Shown piece by piece: positions 13,540 to 26,978 of a stretch of 64,000 nucleotides of DNA (position 1 is the stretch's first letter; the number at the start of each line of letters is the position of its first letter). The stretch covers positions 190,898,001 to 190,962,000 of the forward strand of contig NC_042998.1 in NCBI RefSeq assembly GCF_006345805.1, read 5' to 3'. The notes beneath the pieces were generated by a model. It was not told the origin of the DNA. It made no database searches and saw only the letters and a program-made list of their open reading frames with translations. A program made the position numbers and the translations under genes. The stretch comes from Octopus sinensis. Its lineage: Eukaryota.

Positions 13540-14260
13540 CGAAGATTTTGAGGTGAAGGGTTAGTCGATACCAATGAGTCGTGTACTTAACCTTGCTCTT
13601 TATCCCCTAGAAAGATGAAAAATTAACCTGACCTCGTCTGGGGTTGAATACATTTACAAGAGAGGGATATAATAGTTTGAATTAAACCTAGTATTTATCT
13701 GGTTGTTATTTTTATCGATTTGGGAGATTTGTGACCCTTGAATCCAAACAGATGAAGTATAGTCGGGTGTACTAAAGATTCTATTATTATTATTCCACCG
13801 TCGTTATAATTATGAGGAATAATTAAAAATATTTGAAATAAGGATGAAGAATATTCGAAATAGGGTTTTGAGCCACAGTAATTCTACGCTAGTATTTTGC
13901 TGCTATTATTTTTTATCTCTACTGCGAAGGATTAATATTAAAGTCCATTTCGATATTGTCTAAATTCAAAATGTAAAGAGACTTGACTATGCATCTCAAA
14001 GTGTTTTGTCGGCACTTTCTGAATTCGCCACTCCACTGATCTTGAAATAATTAACAGTGATAATAACCACGCAACCTATGAACATTCTCGAGAGAGTAAA
14101 TTCGGTTTCATAGATCCTAGTACTTTATTTTATCGCCTCCTGCAGCATGAAAAGCAATGTTAAACGCGGCGGGATTCGTATTTCAAATACAAAGGGACAT
14201 AACTATATACCGCAAGGCATTTGGTCCGATAATCTACTAATTATGGCAGTGCACCGTCAA
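13540..14260 (-). mobile_element. Cluster of 3-4 highly degenerate SINE family 1-like remnants
   Basis: Repeated tttatc...gaaagatgaaa / ttttatcgcc...gcatgaaaagcaa...cggcgggatt motifs in the same orientation. Confidence 0.4.
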
Positions 14261-15308
14261 GGATAGTTTTATCAAGATGAAATAAAATGCATATTTTAAT
14301 TGCTTCAGTTCCGAAGTCGATGGATACAACGGAAGTCCCATTTGGATTTCATTGATTTCAAAGGTCTTAGTGATTTATTAAAGATAGTTAAAACAAGATA
14401 GAAAGATGAAAGGTGAACACAGCAAGTGTGATGACAATAAAAGTTAACACGTGTATTACTACGAGATCAAAAGTGGAGACCAGTGGTTGATGTTGACTCT
14501 GAAATCGCGGGGGTTGACTTCACGAGGTCTACCTTGACCCAGCAGAAGCATGATCAAAGGTATTATTGACATGGTTGTGATCACAGTGACATTTTCTTAT
14601 TGAGAAATAGTGTATCTAGGACTATACATCAGAGCGGTTGCAGCACTATTATAGGGAAGTGATAAATGAGGAAATATACAAAGAGAAAAGTAGAAACACA
14701 TAATATATGTAAGTGGACCAAATTCCAAATACAATCAGATTTTCTTGCTTTATTTTATTTTTATCTTTGCATCTTCACAAATATATGAAATAAAATGCGA
14801 AAATCTTGCTTTGATGGATTTTGATTTACTAATATCTGTACAGGGTTTTACAAACGGAACTACACAGACAGACAGGCGCGCGCAAACACAACCACAGACA
14901 CTCACATACATATTTGTATGAGTATGCATGTGTATATATGTATACACAAACGCACTCACACACATACACATATATACACAAATATATACAAATATCTAGA
15001 TATACCTTATATATATATATGTATATATATGTATATGTAAACACACACACACACAGCGGTGAAAGCAGGTAGTTATAATCCCGTATAATCATATCAAACC
15101 GCTGTTGTTATAAAAAAATAGTGCGTTCCAACCATTATTAAGTTACTCGCTTAATGTTATAACCCGGTCATTGTTATATAAACAGGATCCATCTCGAAGT
15201 GATCATAATAACCGGCTTGAAGCCGAATAAGGTGAGAAAGAAGAAGAATCGGGGAGGGAGAGAAGACGAATAGAGAATATGAGAGAAACAGGTACTATCA
15301 TTACTCAC

Positions 15309-15400
15309 CTTGTTAGAGAGTGCATCATTTCGGTTTCGACAATAAATCCCAGACATAAATCACATCTAATTCCTCTCCACCTCCAATCTCCATGGAAACC
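15309..15400 (-). other. Candidate first exon (ATG ATG CAC TCT CTA ACA AG|gtgagt)
   Basis: Consensus donor AAG|GTGAGT at 15309/15308 on the minus strand, ATG at 15328-15326, adjacent to duplicated block B. No downstream exon identified. Confidence 0.3.
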
Positions 15401-15656
15401 CAACTGCACAAGTACATTTCTGTTGAATTTTGCAAGTCGCTTTTAATATACCCTTTGCTTTTTCGTAAGGAATACCGATTACTAAGGGTAGTAGTAGTAA
15501 TAGTAATAGTAGTAGTAGTTATTGCTTAGTCTCTATATTTTGCGTCGTCCTAGCGTGTCTCTTTTAAATCTTCAGCTTAGGGAGAATTACGTGTACACAT
15601 GTAGCGAGAGAGGGAGAGAGAGAGAGAGAGGGGGGGAGAAAGAATGAAAGAAAGAA

Positions 15657-15706
<50 letters not shown>

Positions 15707-15715
15707 AACACAACA
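15359..15715 (+). repeat. Copy B of duplicated block
   Basis: Same sequence as 10632-10955 at offset 4727; shorter (GTA)n, longer (GA)n. Confidence 0.95.
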
Positions 15716-16847
15716 CAGCTTCATTTATACATACTTATAAACACTTTTGCTTATCCATGACATGTGTACAATCACCCCGTTCCTTCCCAATATGCCATTT
15801 TAAAAGCAAGACACCTATATAATTAAATTTTTTTTTTCTTCTTCTTCTTCTTCTTCTTCTTCTTCTTCTTCTCCTTCCACTCGTTACGGTCCCACAACAC
15901 TAGGGCATAGCTTGCTTTCGATCGAATAAACAGTTTTGTAAGTCACAACAACCAGTGGATTCCGTGGATCGATAAGAGTCTAGCGTGTCTTGTGTAAGTG
16001 ATGTTTTTTTCTTCTTCTCTTCTCTTCTCTTCTACTTTTCCCCCTGCTACTTTAATAATCTAGATCAGCTAGTTACACAGCTGACGCTATTCTGCCATCC
16101 TCTTTCGTTCCATCTCCCACCGTCACCTTTTTGATTCCACCTCTCTTTGTATTATTCCATGCACCTCGCACCGTGTTAGTTCGCTACATCTTTTATTATC
16201 CATGATCGACATCTCATTCATCATCGCTCCTTAAACTCTCTGCCTCATTATCTCATTTACTGCTTGCTTCTTGTGCTAGTCACCACCTCGGCATCTATGC
16301 TATGGAATTTCCCATTGTTTTTTTTTCAAGTACTGGTGAATTACTGGTATTGAAATAAATATTTTTGTTGAGTTATGATTTTTTATTTCTCTTCTCTTAA
16401 TAAAAGAAAAAAAATATATATTTATATATTTGTTCTTTCATGTATGTTAGTTCTCTATCTTCATCGTGATGCGACAGAAACCAAACACTTCAAAGCTTAC
16501 GTACGCGTGTACCTGCACATGCACGCAAACACGCGCTTGCGCGCATACACGCAGATATATACAGGTAAATATCTCCCGTTCATCAATTCCAGTAATTAGA
16601 AAGAGACGAAGTGGAAAACATTTCTTTAGGCACAGAAACACGCGTACGCAGCTTCGCGCCCGCACACACACACAACACACATACACAAACATACATACAT
16701 ACATACATATATGGTAATACATCCGCAAATACATGTACACACACTCAGTTATATACGTATGTGTGTACCTCTGTAAACCTACCTATCTGTCTGGCTACTT
16801 ATCTATCTGTCTGCTTCTTTGTCTATGTGTCTGAATGTATGTATGTG

Positions 16848-16954
<107 letters not shown>

Positions 16955-17092
16955 TTATATATGTATGTATGTGTGTGTGTGTGTAGATAGATAGGTTGAG
17001 AGAGTGTGAGAGATAGATATATATAGACAGAGATGGAGAGAGAAAGAAAGAAAGAGAGATATGATTGCGTGAGTATATATCTGCTTGAATAT

Positions 17093-17135
<43 letters not shown>

Positions 17136-17306
17136 TATATCCCTATTTATGCGTAAATGGATTAATTTGTGCCAGTTTTTGGCAGCGAGTATCTAGTATG
17201 GTGTATGTATGTGACGAAATTATTTAAATATACACACAGAGAAGGCTTTCACACATATATGTTATATGTAAGTATGTAACATACATACATACACATACAA
17301 ATACAT

Positions 17307-17339
<33 letters not shown>

Positions 17340-17342
17340 CTC

Positions 17343-18065
17343 ACGGTATTATCTACCGATGAGACATAATGTATCTAGGACACTATATAACGAAATCCGT
17401 CGGAAGGATATACCTGAGGATGAAAAAATAAGAACACACTGTATGGTAGAAACATAGCCACTCATAATAAAAAGGAATACTGGTGGAATGTCCTAGTGAA
17501 GAATTCAATAAAATGTAAGCACAACAGACCTGATATAATGATTTGGGATAGAGAAGAGAAAACGTGTACAGTTAATGAAATTAACTGCCCAGCGGATGTT
17601 CACCTAAAGCTGAAGATCAGTGAAAAGGAGCATATCTATGCTGAACTATTGAAAAATTTGCAGTTACTCTATCCAGATTACAAGTTCAGGTTTATACCTG
17701 AAATTACTGGGGCCCTGAGATATGTAACATACTGACTAAATACCAATCTTGAGAAATAAGACTTTTCAAAACCAGAAAAGAGAAAGCTAATTCGGAGACT
17801 ACAGATCCAGCCCATCTCTGGAACTGCAAAAATCTGTAAAACTTTCCAGAAGTTTATCATTTAAATACATATAAACATGTCTAGATATGCAACTATATGC
17901 ATGAGTATACATACATAAAACAAAACATACAAATATGCACATATACATACAAACAAAAATTCCCTGTTGTTGATGTTGAAATTCCAAAGAGGGAGCCTTG
18001 GATCTAGGTTAGAAACCGGCTCTTTCTCTATTGGCAAGAAATTTTGAAATAAAACTGAACAATGA
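17343..18065 (+). mobile_element. 5'-truncated non-LTR retrotransposon 3' end, restriction-like endonuclease type (R4/NeSL-like), with 3' UTR
   Basis: ORF 17496-17735 HNRPDIMIWDREEKTCTVNEINCPAD...KISEKEHIYAELL fits the PD-(D/E)xK endonuclease pattern; upstream YYLPMRHN; in-frame stops present; (TA)n on both flanks. Confidence 0.85.
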
Positions 18066-20850
18066 CATATATATATATAGCCGTATCAATCTATGTGTAT
18101 TTTTCTTATGTGAGTGTGCCTGAGATAGACAGGGAGAAAGAGAGAAAAGAGTGAGGGAGAGAGGGTAAGTGTATATGTGTGAATATACACGCAAATTCCA
18201 TTCACTTATATATAAACTTGTAACATAGTAAGGCGTAAAATAGACGATGAATAAGACCAACTTCGTTTATAAACGATTTTCTGAAAAAGTGAAACAAGTT
18301 AGCAATAAAAAAACCCCAGCAAACTCCACTTTGTTAGAATATAATGTTTACTTTAAACAGTATAATACCCAAAATGATGGTGGTTGTCTTTCTGTTAAAT
18401 CTTAGTCGATAGCTACATATGTGTCAACTACAAAGAACCATCTCATGAATTGAGTCATTGCAGTTATTGATGACATAATGAAAGGAGACAAACACGTGAA
18501 TACTGCCTGCTAAAATTAGTCATTATGGGATATAATATTCGGCAAAGAAATTTATTGCTTTGGGCAAAGTCAACCTTCTCTCCTTATATGCATGTAGTTG
18601 GTGAGGGTTAAATATAGATACATTCATACACACTCAGATAGACAGAGAGACAAACAAATACACACACACACACACAAATAAACTTGTGTAAATTGTTTGC
18701 TGTACAAGTTTTATATTTGAAATCATACACATTGCAACTAGTTTTTAAAGAAAAAAGTATAAATGAAATAAAATGAAAAAAAATAAAATAAATAAAATAA
18801 CGTAACTATCATAGGTCCGTGTGACTCAGTTACGATGAGTTGGTAAAAACATTTGTGTTTCTAAAATTTGAATATGACAAATATTTTCTTCTTTCATGAG
18901 AAAGGAAAATGTGATTTTTCCAGCTATATGCGAACAAGTGAAGTTTTAGCGATGATGTTAAGGTTAGAAATGGACTAAAACATTTTGCATAAAATCAGAT
19001 TTGGGAAGTTTGTGGGTGGACGAATTAGGAAAGGCGTTTGGGGATTAGGGACAATTTAGGGTTGATAAGAGGAGAAAGGACATGTTACGAGTTGACGTAA
19101 ACGAAGCTAACCTGTTCAGAAAAGCACAAGCCATTGCAGTGTCTATCGTAGAAACGGGTAGAAGACATACAATTTGCTCGAGATTGTGGTTATAGTGTGT
19201 TGTTAATTTTTTTCATTCTGCAATTATGTAAGATTTTGTGGGTGACAAGATGACCATAAAGAATTGGAATTAATAACATGGTTCTTTAATTAGAGCAATC
19301 GAAATGCAAAAACGGTAGAGTCAATCTAAATTCATTATTATAATTGTATGCCTTTCTTGTACGTTCTGAATTCAAATCCATTCAGGGTCGGATTTACTTT
19401 TCAGGAGCCTGGTTTTGATAAAAGATGAATGGAGAAATTTATAATACCGATTTAAACATGATATTCTATTTCCAGACAAACATCTAAACTATTGCCAAGG
19501 TACTGAAAGTATGGCCCAGTTAAACTCCCAATACCTTTCCCGTACATGACGTATCGGTGTTAGTTACATTGCAAGTATTTGAGCAACGTATCCGCTCGGT
19601 GGCTAACGTGTTGTTTTTGTCTCATCGGTCTCGGGACTCTAAAAAAGATCATCGGCGCTACATTTCATGCTCTGAAAGATCCATAAAGAAACGAAGAAAA
19701 ATCATTATTCGTCTAGCTTTATTACGATGTATAAGTATCGTAGAGCCTCACGTTATAATAACAACTATAATTTGGGTGACAGTTTACCTGTGAACATTGA
19801 ACTTCGTGGGCGAGTTACACATTTTCTGGTGATGATATAAGAATATCTGGAAGTGTTTCCAGAAGCAAAGTTGGTTTTACTTTCTTTGTTACCAAATATT
19901 CACTGAAGAAGAAAGAACATTCACAAAACCTATGGAGGGATTATTCCCTTTACTGTTCTTACCTACTGTCAATGTTTCATAGAATTGGTATCATTAATGA
20001 AACCCGAATTCTACTACTTATTCCACATACACACAACTATAAAATTGAGAGCTGCTGCATTTGGGAAATTTTCGACGATCTACGGTATGATACTATGTAT
20101 TTACTAGCCATGAAATAAAAATAAATAAGCGTTAAAACACAAATATATATGTATTTTGTAATTAACTTCTCAGCTGCAACTGAATTATGTTGTTCTTATA
20201 GATAAGAGAGTTGGCTTGCTTCCTTTAAACAGTGTAATAATAATTGTCTTCTGCACATGGGCAGACATATCTCGACATTCAAACTGAATACAGCTGTCCT
20301 GGTTATAAACACATCACTGAACAACATCAACGAGACAGATAATTATTATTGAACCATAGACATCTTATTTAACCACGGAAAACATACTGAACAAGCGATT
20401 AATGAATTCGCTAATGGATGATAACCGAACCATAACTAGTATATTAAATTAAACAACAGCAAAAAAAAAAAACAAAACAATAACAACACAAACAAAACGA
20501 AAGAAAAGCAGCAAAAACAAGAACAAGCGAAAAATACTTTCTGCATTCGAGCTAAGACAAACGACCGTAATAATAGCATTGGAGTTACCCATACATAGAC
20601 GAGTGAACAATAAGCAGAAGAATTATTGAATTGCATATAGCCATTTGAAGTTAAGAGAGACAACTGAAGTAAATGCACAGATTTGTTATCGATAGGAAAA
20701 CAGAAATCAGCGCCATCTGTAAAAATGAGAGAACAATGACGGTTCAACGATAGTTCAAACTCAGATAAACCAATGAACAGAGATTGTGAACTGGATGATC
20801 GGGCTATATATATATATATATATATATATAAGATGTTTATATGATATCAT

Positions 20851-20897
<47 letters not shown>

Positions 20898-20961
20898 TAT
20901 ATATATATAATATATATATATATAAAGATGTTTATTCGATATCATATATATATATATAATC

Positions 20962-20997
<36 letters not shown>

Positions 20998-21213
20998 GGT
21001 TGAAGAGTCCCCCACCACACACACACATTCACTCACATAATGCGAATTTTTTTAGGATGTACCTTCAGGTTGTTTGGTGGGAAGGAAAAGTTTAGGGTTG
21101 TCCTCTCATTTTCTGCACACACAGAGATCCATAATTTTGAATGATTATAAGCTTCAACTGATATATATATATATATATGTACATAAAACATTACATACGT
21201 ACATACATGTGTG

Positions 21214-21245
<32 letters not shown>

Positions 21246-21294
21246 ATATATATTATAATATATTATATATATTGTGTGTGTGTGTGTGTGTGTG

Positions 21295-21723
21295 TATTAT
21301 TTCTAAATCTCTCAAAGAGAGACATTCAATAACAGTTCTCCAGAGTAAATGCTATTTGCCAACATAATGTAGCTGTCCCGAAAGGGACGATGTTACTGTT
21401 GTTTTAGTCCCAAGAAACATCGTTTCTAGCTGGCTATATGACACACTATCTGCGTCCTTGTATTTTTGAACAGGGAGCCCAGCAACCCCACCCAGCACAA
21501 GGCAACATCTGTGTTCTAGTTTCTGGGTTATTGCCCTTTATCAATACAGAGTAGCTGCTTGGCTAGATGGCGTTGCTGAATTCACCGTTCAAACACATAG
21601 TTTTCAAAGTCACACACAGCCATTGATAAAAAAATATTAGAAATATTATTATTTCTAAATCTCTCAAAGAGAGAAATTCAGTAACAGTTCTTCAAAGGGA
21701 ATGCTATTTTTCAACATAATGTA
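21295..21723 (-). mobile_element. Penelope-like/retrozyme-like unit: 352-bp period, 77-bp direct repeats, decayed hammerhead motif
   Basis: Direct repeats at 21295-21371 and 21647-21723 (8 mismatches); minus 21549-21509 reads ctgta TTGATAA aggg caata accc a GAAA ctag aa cacag. Confidence 0.65.
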
Positions 21724-22963
21724 TATTTATGTATGTATTAATATATATTCATGTGATAAATATAATATATACTAGACTTACTACTCAACCTTGCCTGGTT
21801 AAGTATTCGCAGAATTGTTTGACAGTTTGTAGAATGGGAATTCACAGTACTTATGTATGTATATATGCTGGACGATTTTAATTTGAACTATCCAAACAAT
21901 AAAATCAATTCACATGACCAGAAGGTTTTTTTAAAACAATTCTTATCCTGAAGATACCTGTTACGTTTGTTTTAAAGTGAGAGGAGAAAGTGAAAGATGT
22001 ATGAACATGTATATGAAACGGACGTGTGTGTTTGTGTGAGAGAGAGATAAAGAGAGAGGGAGATTGCGTGTGCTACTTACACATACATGAGAACACACAC
22101 GTTCACATACACACACACACACTCTCTCTCTCACACACACACACATGCAAATCTACATACAAAAAAGATGTACGCATAAGTATTGATGTATGTACGTATA
22201 CATGACACAACCCTTCATTCACTCTGTCTCTCTTTTCTCTCTTTTCTCTCTTTCTCTCTTTCACACACACACACACATCCATTTCATATATACGTATATA
22301 CGTACATACACCTTTCACTTTAAAACAAAAGTAAACAAATAAGAATTTTAAGTATTTCTAAATGATTAATATATTGTGTACGTCAAAAAGTCAGCGTTTT
22401 TTTTTTACTTAGTGAGCGCGAAAACGTTGTGTGTATACGTCACACATAGCGAACGTGTATTTGTATTGATTTCTACGCCACGACATTCATATTATATGTG
22501 TGCATTCTGTATATGTTGACGTCATGATGGAAGCCATGTATTCTTTTCATTAAGAATTCACAAGAATTGTGTTTAATCGTTTAAATAGAGGTTCAAATGT
22601 CACAAAAATTTGTACTGCACTGCCGAAGGTAAGTATGAAAATATGTAAAAAGAATTAAGATAAAATTTACTATTTCTGAGATATTTCAGTTACACGAAAA
22701 TATCCCTAGAGTATTATCAAAATATTTATGAATGTATTAAATCAAAGATTGTAACTTAAGGTATTATCTTTAATTCTCTAGTTACAGTTGTTTCAATACA
22801 CATAGCGAACCCACTCATTAACATATATGTTAATATCAATATCAAAATAAGGAATTCATTATTCTATAATAAAATATATATATACATCTTTCTCAGTACC
22901 TAATTGTAGTTCTTCAAACTAAGTCTTGTGTGTATGCATATGTAGAGACTTATGTGTGAGTAT

Positions 22964-23030
<67 letters not shown>

Positions 23031-23071
23031 ATATATATACATGATAGATCGGTAGCCACTACACACACACA

Positions 23072-23104
<33 letters not shown>

Positions 23105-23906
23105 CACTGTCACCCAACTACTCACACAAATACACAAACACACACACATATATTTATATAGAATGAGATACACAATGTTTATTTCTAATACCCGCACCAG
23201 TTACATGATAATATATAGTTAGTTGTATTTCTTCTTGACGTTTATTTGTGTCACTGTCACGTGATTATGTCGTATGATATCAGAGGTAGTATAGGATAAC
23301 TAACAGCAGCAAAAAAAAAAATTTTTTTGTCAATTAAAAAAAGAAAGTTCTAATTATATTGCTAGTATAAAAGAGACAACTTGACAAATACGAACTAACA
23401 TCAAAAGACATAATATGCTGTACGGAAAAGAGTAGTTTTGTTATTCATAAGATAAATATCCATTTAGAAAAAAAAATGGTTATTGTTAACACTTTGATTT
23501 TCCTACATATTCCCATAAATAAAAGGAACAAAAAACTTAAGAAATGACATGAAAAGCAACCAAAACCTCATTAATACCTATGTAGATATACGCAAAATTT
23601 GTATGCGTGTGAATGTGCGTATATGCATTCATACACACACACACACATGGATACATACACGCAGACACATACGCACACATTTTTCTGTTTGTCACTCCCT
23701 CCCTCTTTCTTTCTTACTTTCTTTCTTTCTTTCTTTCTTTCTTTCATTCTTTCGCTCTCTCTCCCCCTTCTCTCTCTATATATATACGCATATATAGATA
23801 CATAAATATATATATATATATACATATATACACTACATGTATATATATACATACATAAATACACCCCCACACACACATATATGTATGTATGTATTTATGT
23901 ATGTAT

Positions 23907-23945
<39 letters not shown>

Positions 23946-23954
23946 TATATATAC

Positions 23955-23991
<37 letters not shown>

Positions 23992-25465
23992 TATCTACAT
24001 GTATGTATACAACTTCAATGAATCAAATCGATGGCGGATTCTTGGATATGAGGTCTTAATTGAAAGCGACTGATAATGATCAGATATACATTTAAATGGA
24101 ACTTCTTTCGACGCGGATTTAAACATAGGCACCCACACGCGAACTCGCAGACATACGTGAACACACACACACAAACACACACACACACACGCACACATAC
24201 ACACACACGCACATATGTCGTTTCCAGCAAAGAAGACACATTGATAGGACGAGTTTGTCATTTTCAGACTATCTGATGTTTCTCTGTAAAAATCAATAAT
24301 TTTCACTGTTTATGTACACTGTTTCAAAACAGGGATTGTTGTTCCTCGATTCAAAGGCAGATTTTAAAATTAAAGAAAAGTATATAAAACAATGAAATAA
24401 TCACAAACATTCTAACAAAGGCTTCGGGGCTGACTATTAAAAAGAATCGATCACTCTATCAGTTAATCTACATATTTTATTAAGTCTTTCCACGGAACTA
24501 TCTTAATTTATTCTAATTGAATACTGGTGATATGTCACGACATTTCAACAGAAAATTATTGAGTTGTACGCTTAATACAATGTCCATAATGAGGTGCAAA
24601 AACGTTAAATAATGAACATTCTCTACATCAAATTGGATATTGTAAAATCGTCCTTGACTCAAGAAATAAAATATAATTTACAATTCAATCATATCGATAC
24701 ATGCTGCTAGTATGTATCTGCATATATTTTATTTTTGCAGACTTGCTGTCCATAAGTTTTACAATTCAATTATTCTTGGCAGTATCTATTCAAGAGTCAA
24801 TAGCGGAAAATGACGTAAAAATTTATACTTGTACGGCTTGTATGAAAGACTTAATACCGCAGAAGGAAAACCCCAACTGAAATACTCCCACATGGTTCTC
24901 GGTAAGCCATACGAAATACTAATTTGAACATATCTTTTATTATTCAAATTTCAACCTTTACGTCAGAGATATTTAATTTGTGCTCATTCTTATAAATTAA
25001 CCAAGAGCATTTATAATACTTCAGATAAGAGAAAAAATGTGGGAAATAGAAATTTGTGTGTAAAAGTATTAAAAAAAGACTGTAAAATACCTACCTACGA
25101 GAGATTTTTCATGTTGCTAACTCGGAAATCTCGTTGGCGTTTAAATGACAGCGAAAATGCTATTTTTGCAATACTAATGAACAGTGAAATTCTACTCGTC
25201 TATAAGATGTGTATTGAGAATCTTCATTTAAACAGATATGTATTTGTATGGATTATAGTCTCCACAAACTGAATATGGGCGTTATCTCTCGAAATAGTAA
25301 TCTGAAAGATATTGGTAAAATACCAGTATCTTATAGAGTTAAAAGATACCAATCGTCATAGGAATATGCTTTAAACGATTTCTTCACAAGTCTATTCCAA
25401 TTTTCAAATGAAGTTAATTCCACAGCGTTCATATCTTTGAAAATATTAAATACACGAAACTTTTT

Positions 25466-25916
25466 GGATCTTTTCGGTTTGAACTGCAGTTTTTTCTAGC
25501 GGTGTCATAAAAAACTGTCACCCATAATTATGACTCTAGTATCGATCTATTGCATTTCAATCTGTTTTAAGGTTAGGGTTAGTTAGGGCTAGGGTTAGGG
25601 TTAGAGTTAGGGTTATGGGTGGGGGAAGGGTATCTTTTTTTCTTCAGAAATGTAAATAAACCCAATCTGTTTCTTAAACGAGGGACATATTCATACGGCA
25701 CAGAATGTTTTTAGCTCAATAGACGTCACTGATTGGTTGAAGTTGCGGAAATTGAAGAAAAAACAACAACAAATATCTTACAAACTATAGAATTTTCTAA
25801 ATAAAGCCAAGAGAAAAAGATCTTTTATAAACACATTCTACCAGTATACGAAGTTTAAAATTTTTTTAGTGACCTAGAAATTATGTTAAAAACTGCCGTT
25901 CAAGCCGAAAAGATCT
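25466..25916. mobile_element. Non-autonomous TIR element (MITE), 29-bp TIRs, 8-bp TSD; Merlin-, hAT- or P-like
   Basis: TIRs ggatcttttcggtttgaactgcagttttt and aaaaactgccgttcaagccgaaaagatct (26/29 match); TSD aacttttt at 25458-25465 and 25917-25924. Confidence 0.85.
25568..25619 (+). repeat. Degenerate (TTAGGG)n tract inside the MITE
   Basis: taaggttagggttagttagggctagggttagggttagagttagggttatggg. Confidence 0.9.
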
Positions 25917-26082
25917 AACTTTTTTATTACTTCTCCACTATAATTATTCGACCTAATTATAATTGCCTGATTAAAAGACGTAATAAACTTGGCATTATTA
26001 TTTCAGACGATTGAAAATACTAACTAAAAAACCTTAGTCATTTAAATTTGGAAACTATAGAGAATAATTTGAGAAATTTTCT

Positions 26083-26450
26083 TTCTCTTTTCTCTCTTTT
26101 ACTTGTTTCAGTCATTTGACTGCAGCCATGCTGGAGCACCGCCTTTAGTCGAGCAAATCGACCCCGGGACTTATTCTTTGTAAGCCCAGTACTTATTCTA
26201 TCGGTCTCTTTTGCCGAACCGCTAAGTGACGGGGACGTAAACACACCAGCATCGGTTGTCAAGCAATGCTAGGAGAACAAACACAGACACACAAACACAT
26301 ATACACACATATATATATACATATATACGACAGGCTTCTTTCAGTTTCCGTCTACCAAATCCACTCACAAGGCATTGGTCGGCCCGGAGCTATAGCAGAA
26401 GACACTTGCCCAAGATGCCACGCAGTGGGACTGAACCCGGAACCATGTGG
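26083..26450 (-). mobile_element. tRNA-derived SINE family 2, 5'-truncated (A box lost)
   Basis: Reverse complement of 44760-45130 and 56450-56826; ends at ccacatggttccgggttcagtccc. Confidence 0.92.
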
Positions 26451-26755
26451 AAGAAAATACACAAGTTAGCCCTTAAATTTCTTTAGGAAACATCATAATG
26501 AAACTATGCAGTTTCGGCTGTTTATGCAGCAGTAGGAGAGATACAATTTAAGAATTTTGTTAATTATTTCAACTCGAAGTTTATTTAGATATTAGTAACC
26601 AAAATTACTGAAATTCCAATAAATCAAACAACAATTATTCTGTTGTATGTACAGGTTAAATATAAGCGTTTTCGAAATATTTGCTCTATCTTTCATTTAC
26701 TAAAATAAAACTTCAATTAAATAATATGTAATTACAAGGATATTAAAATAATCTA

Positions 26756-26901
26756 CATTATTTACATTATTTACAATTGAGGGATATTTGTCCTCATATT
26801 GTTAACACACCGTTTCGGCCGATATACCCTCCAGCCTTCATCAGGTGTCTTGGGGAAATTTCGAACCTGGGTTCTCATTCCTAAGGTATTTTCGGTATTA
26901 C

Positions 26902-26978
<77 letters not shown>

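Noticed and set aside
10632-15715. Duplicated blocks as LTRs of a retrotransposon
   Set aside because: No TG...CA ends, no TSD, no primer-binding site or polypurine tract, and no gag/pol between them.
25568-25619. Chromosome end or fusion scar
   Set aside because: Short, degenerate and enclosed in a TIR/TSD-bounded MITE.
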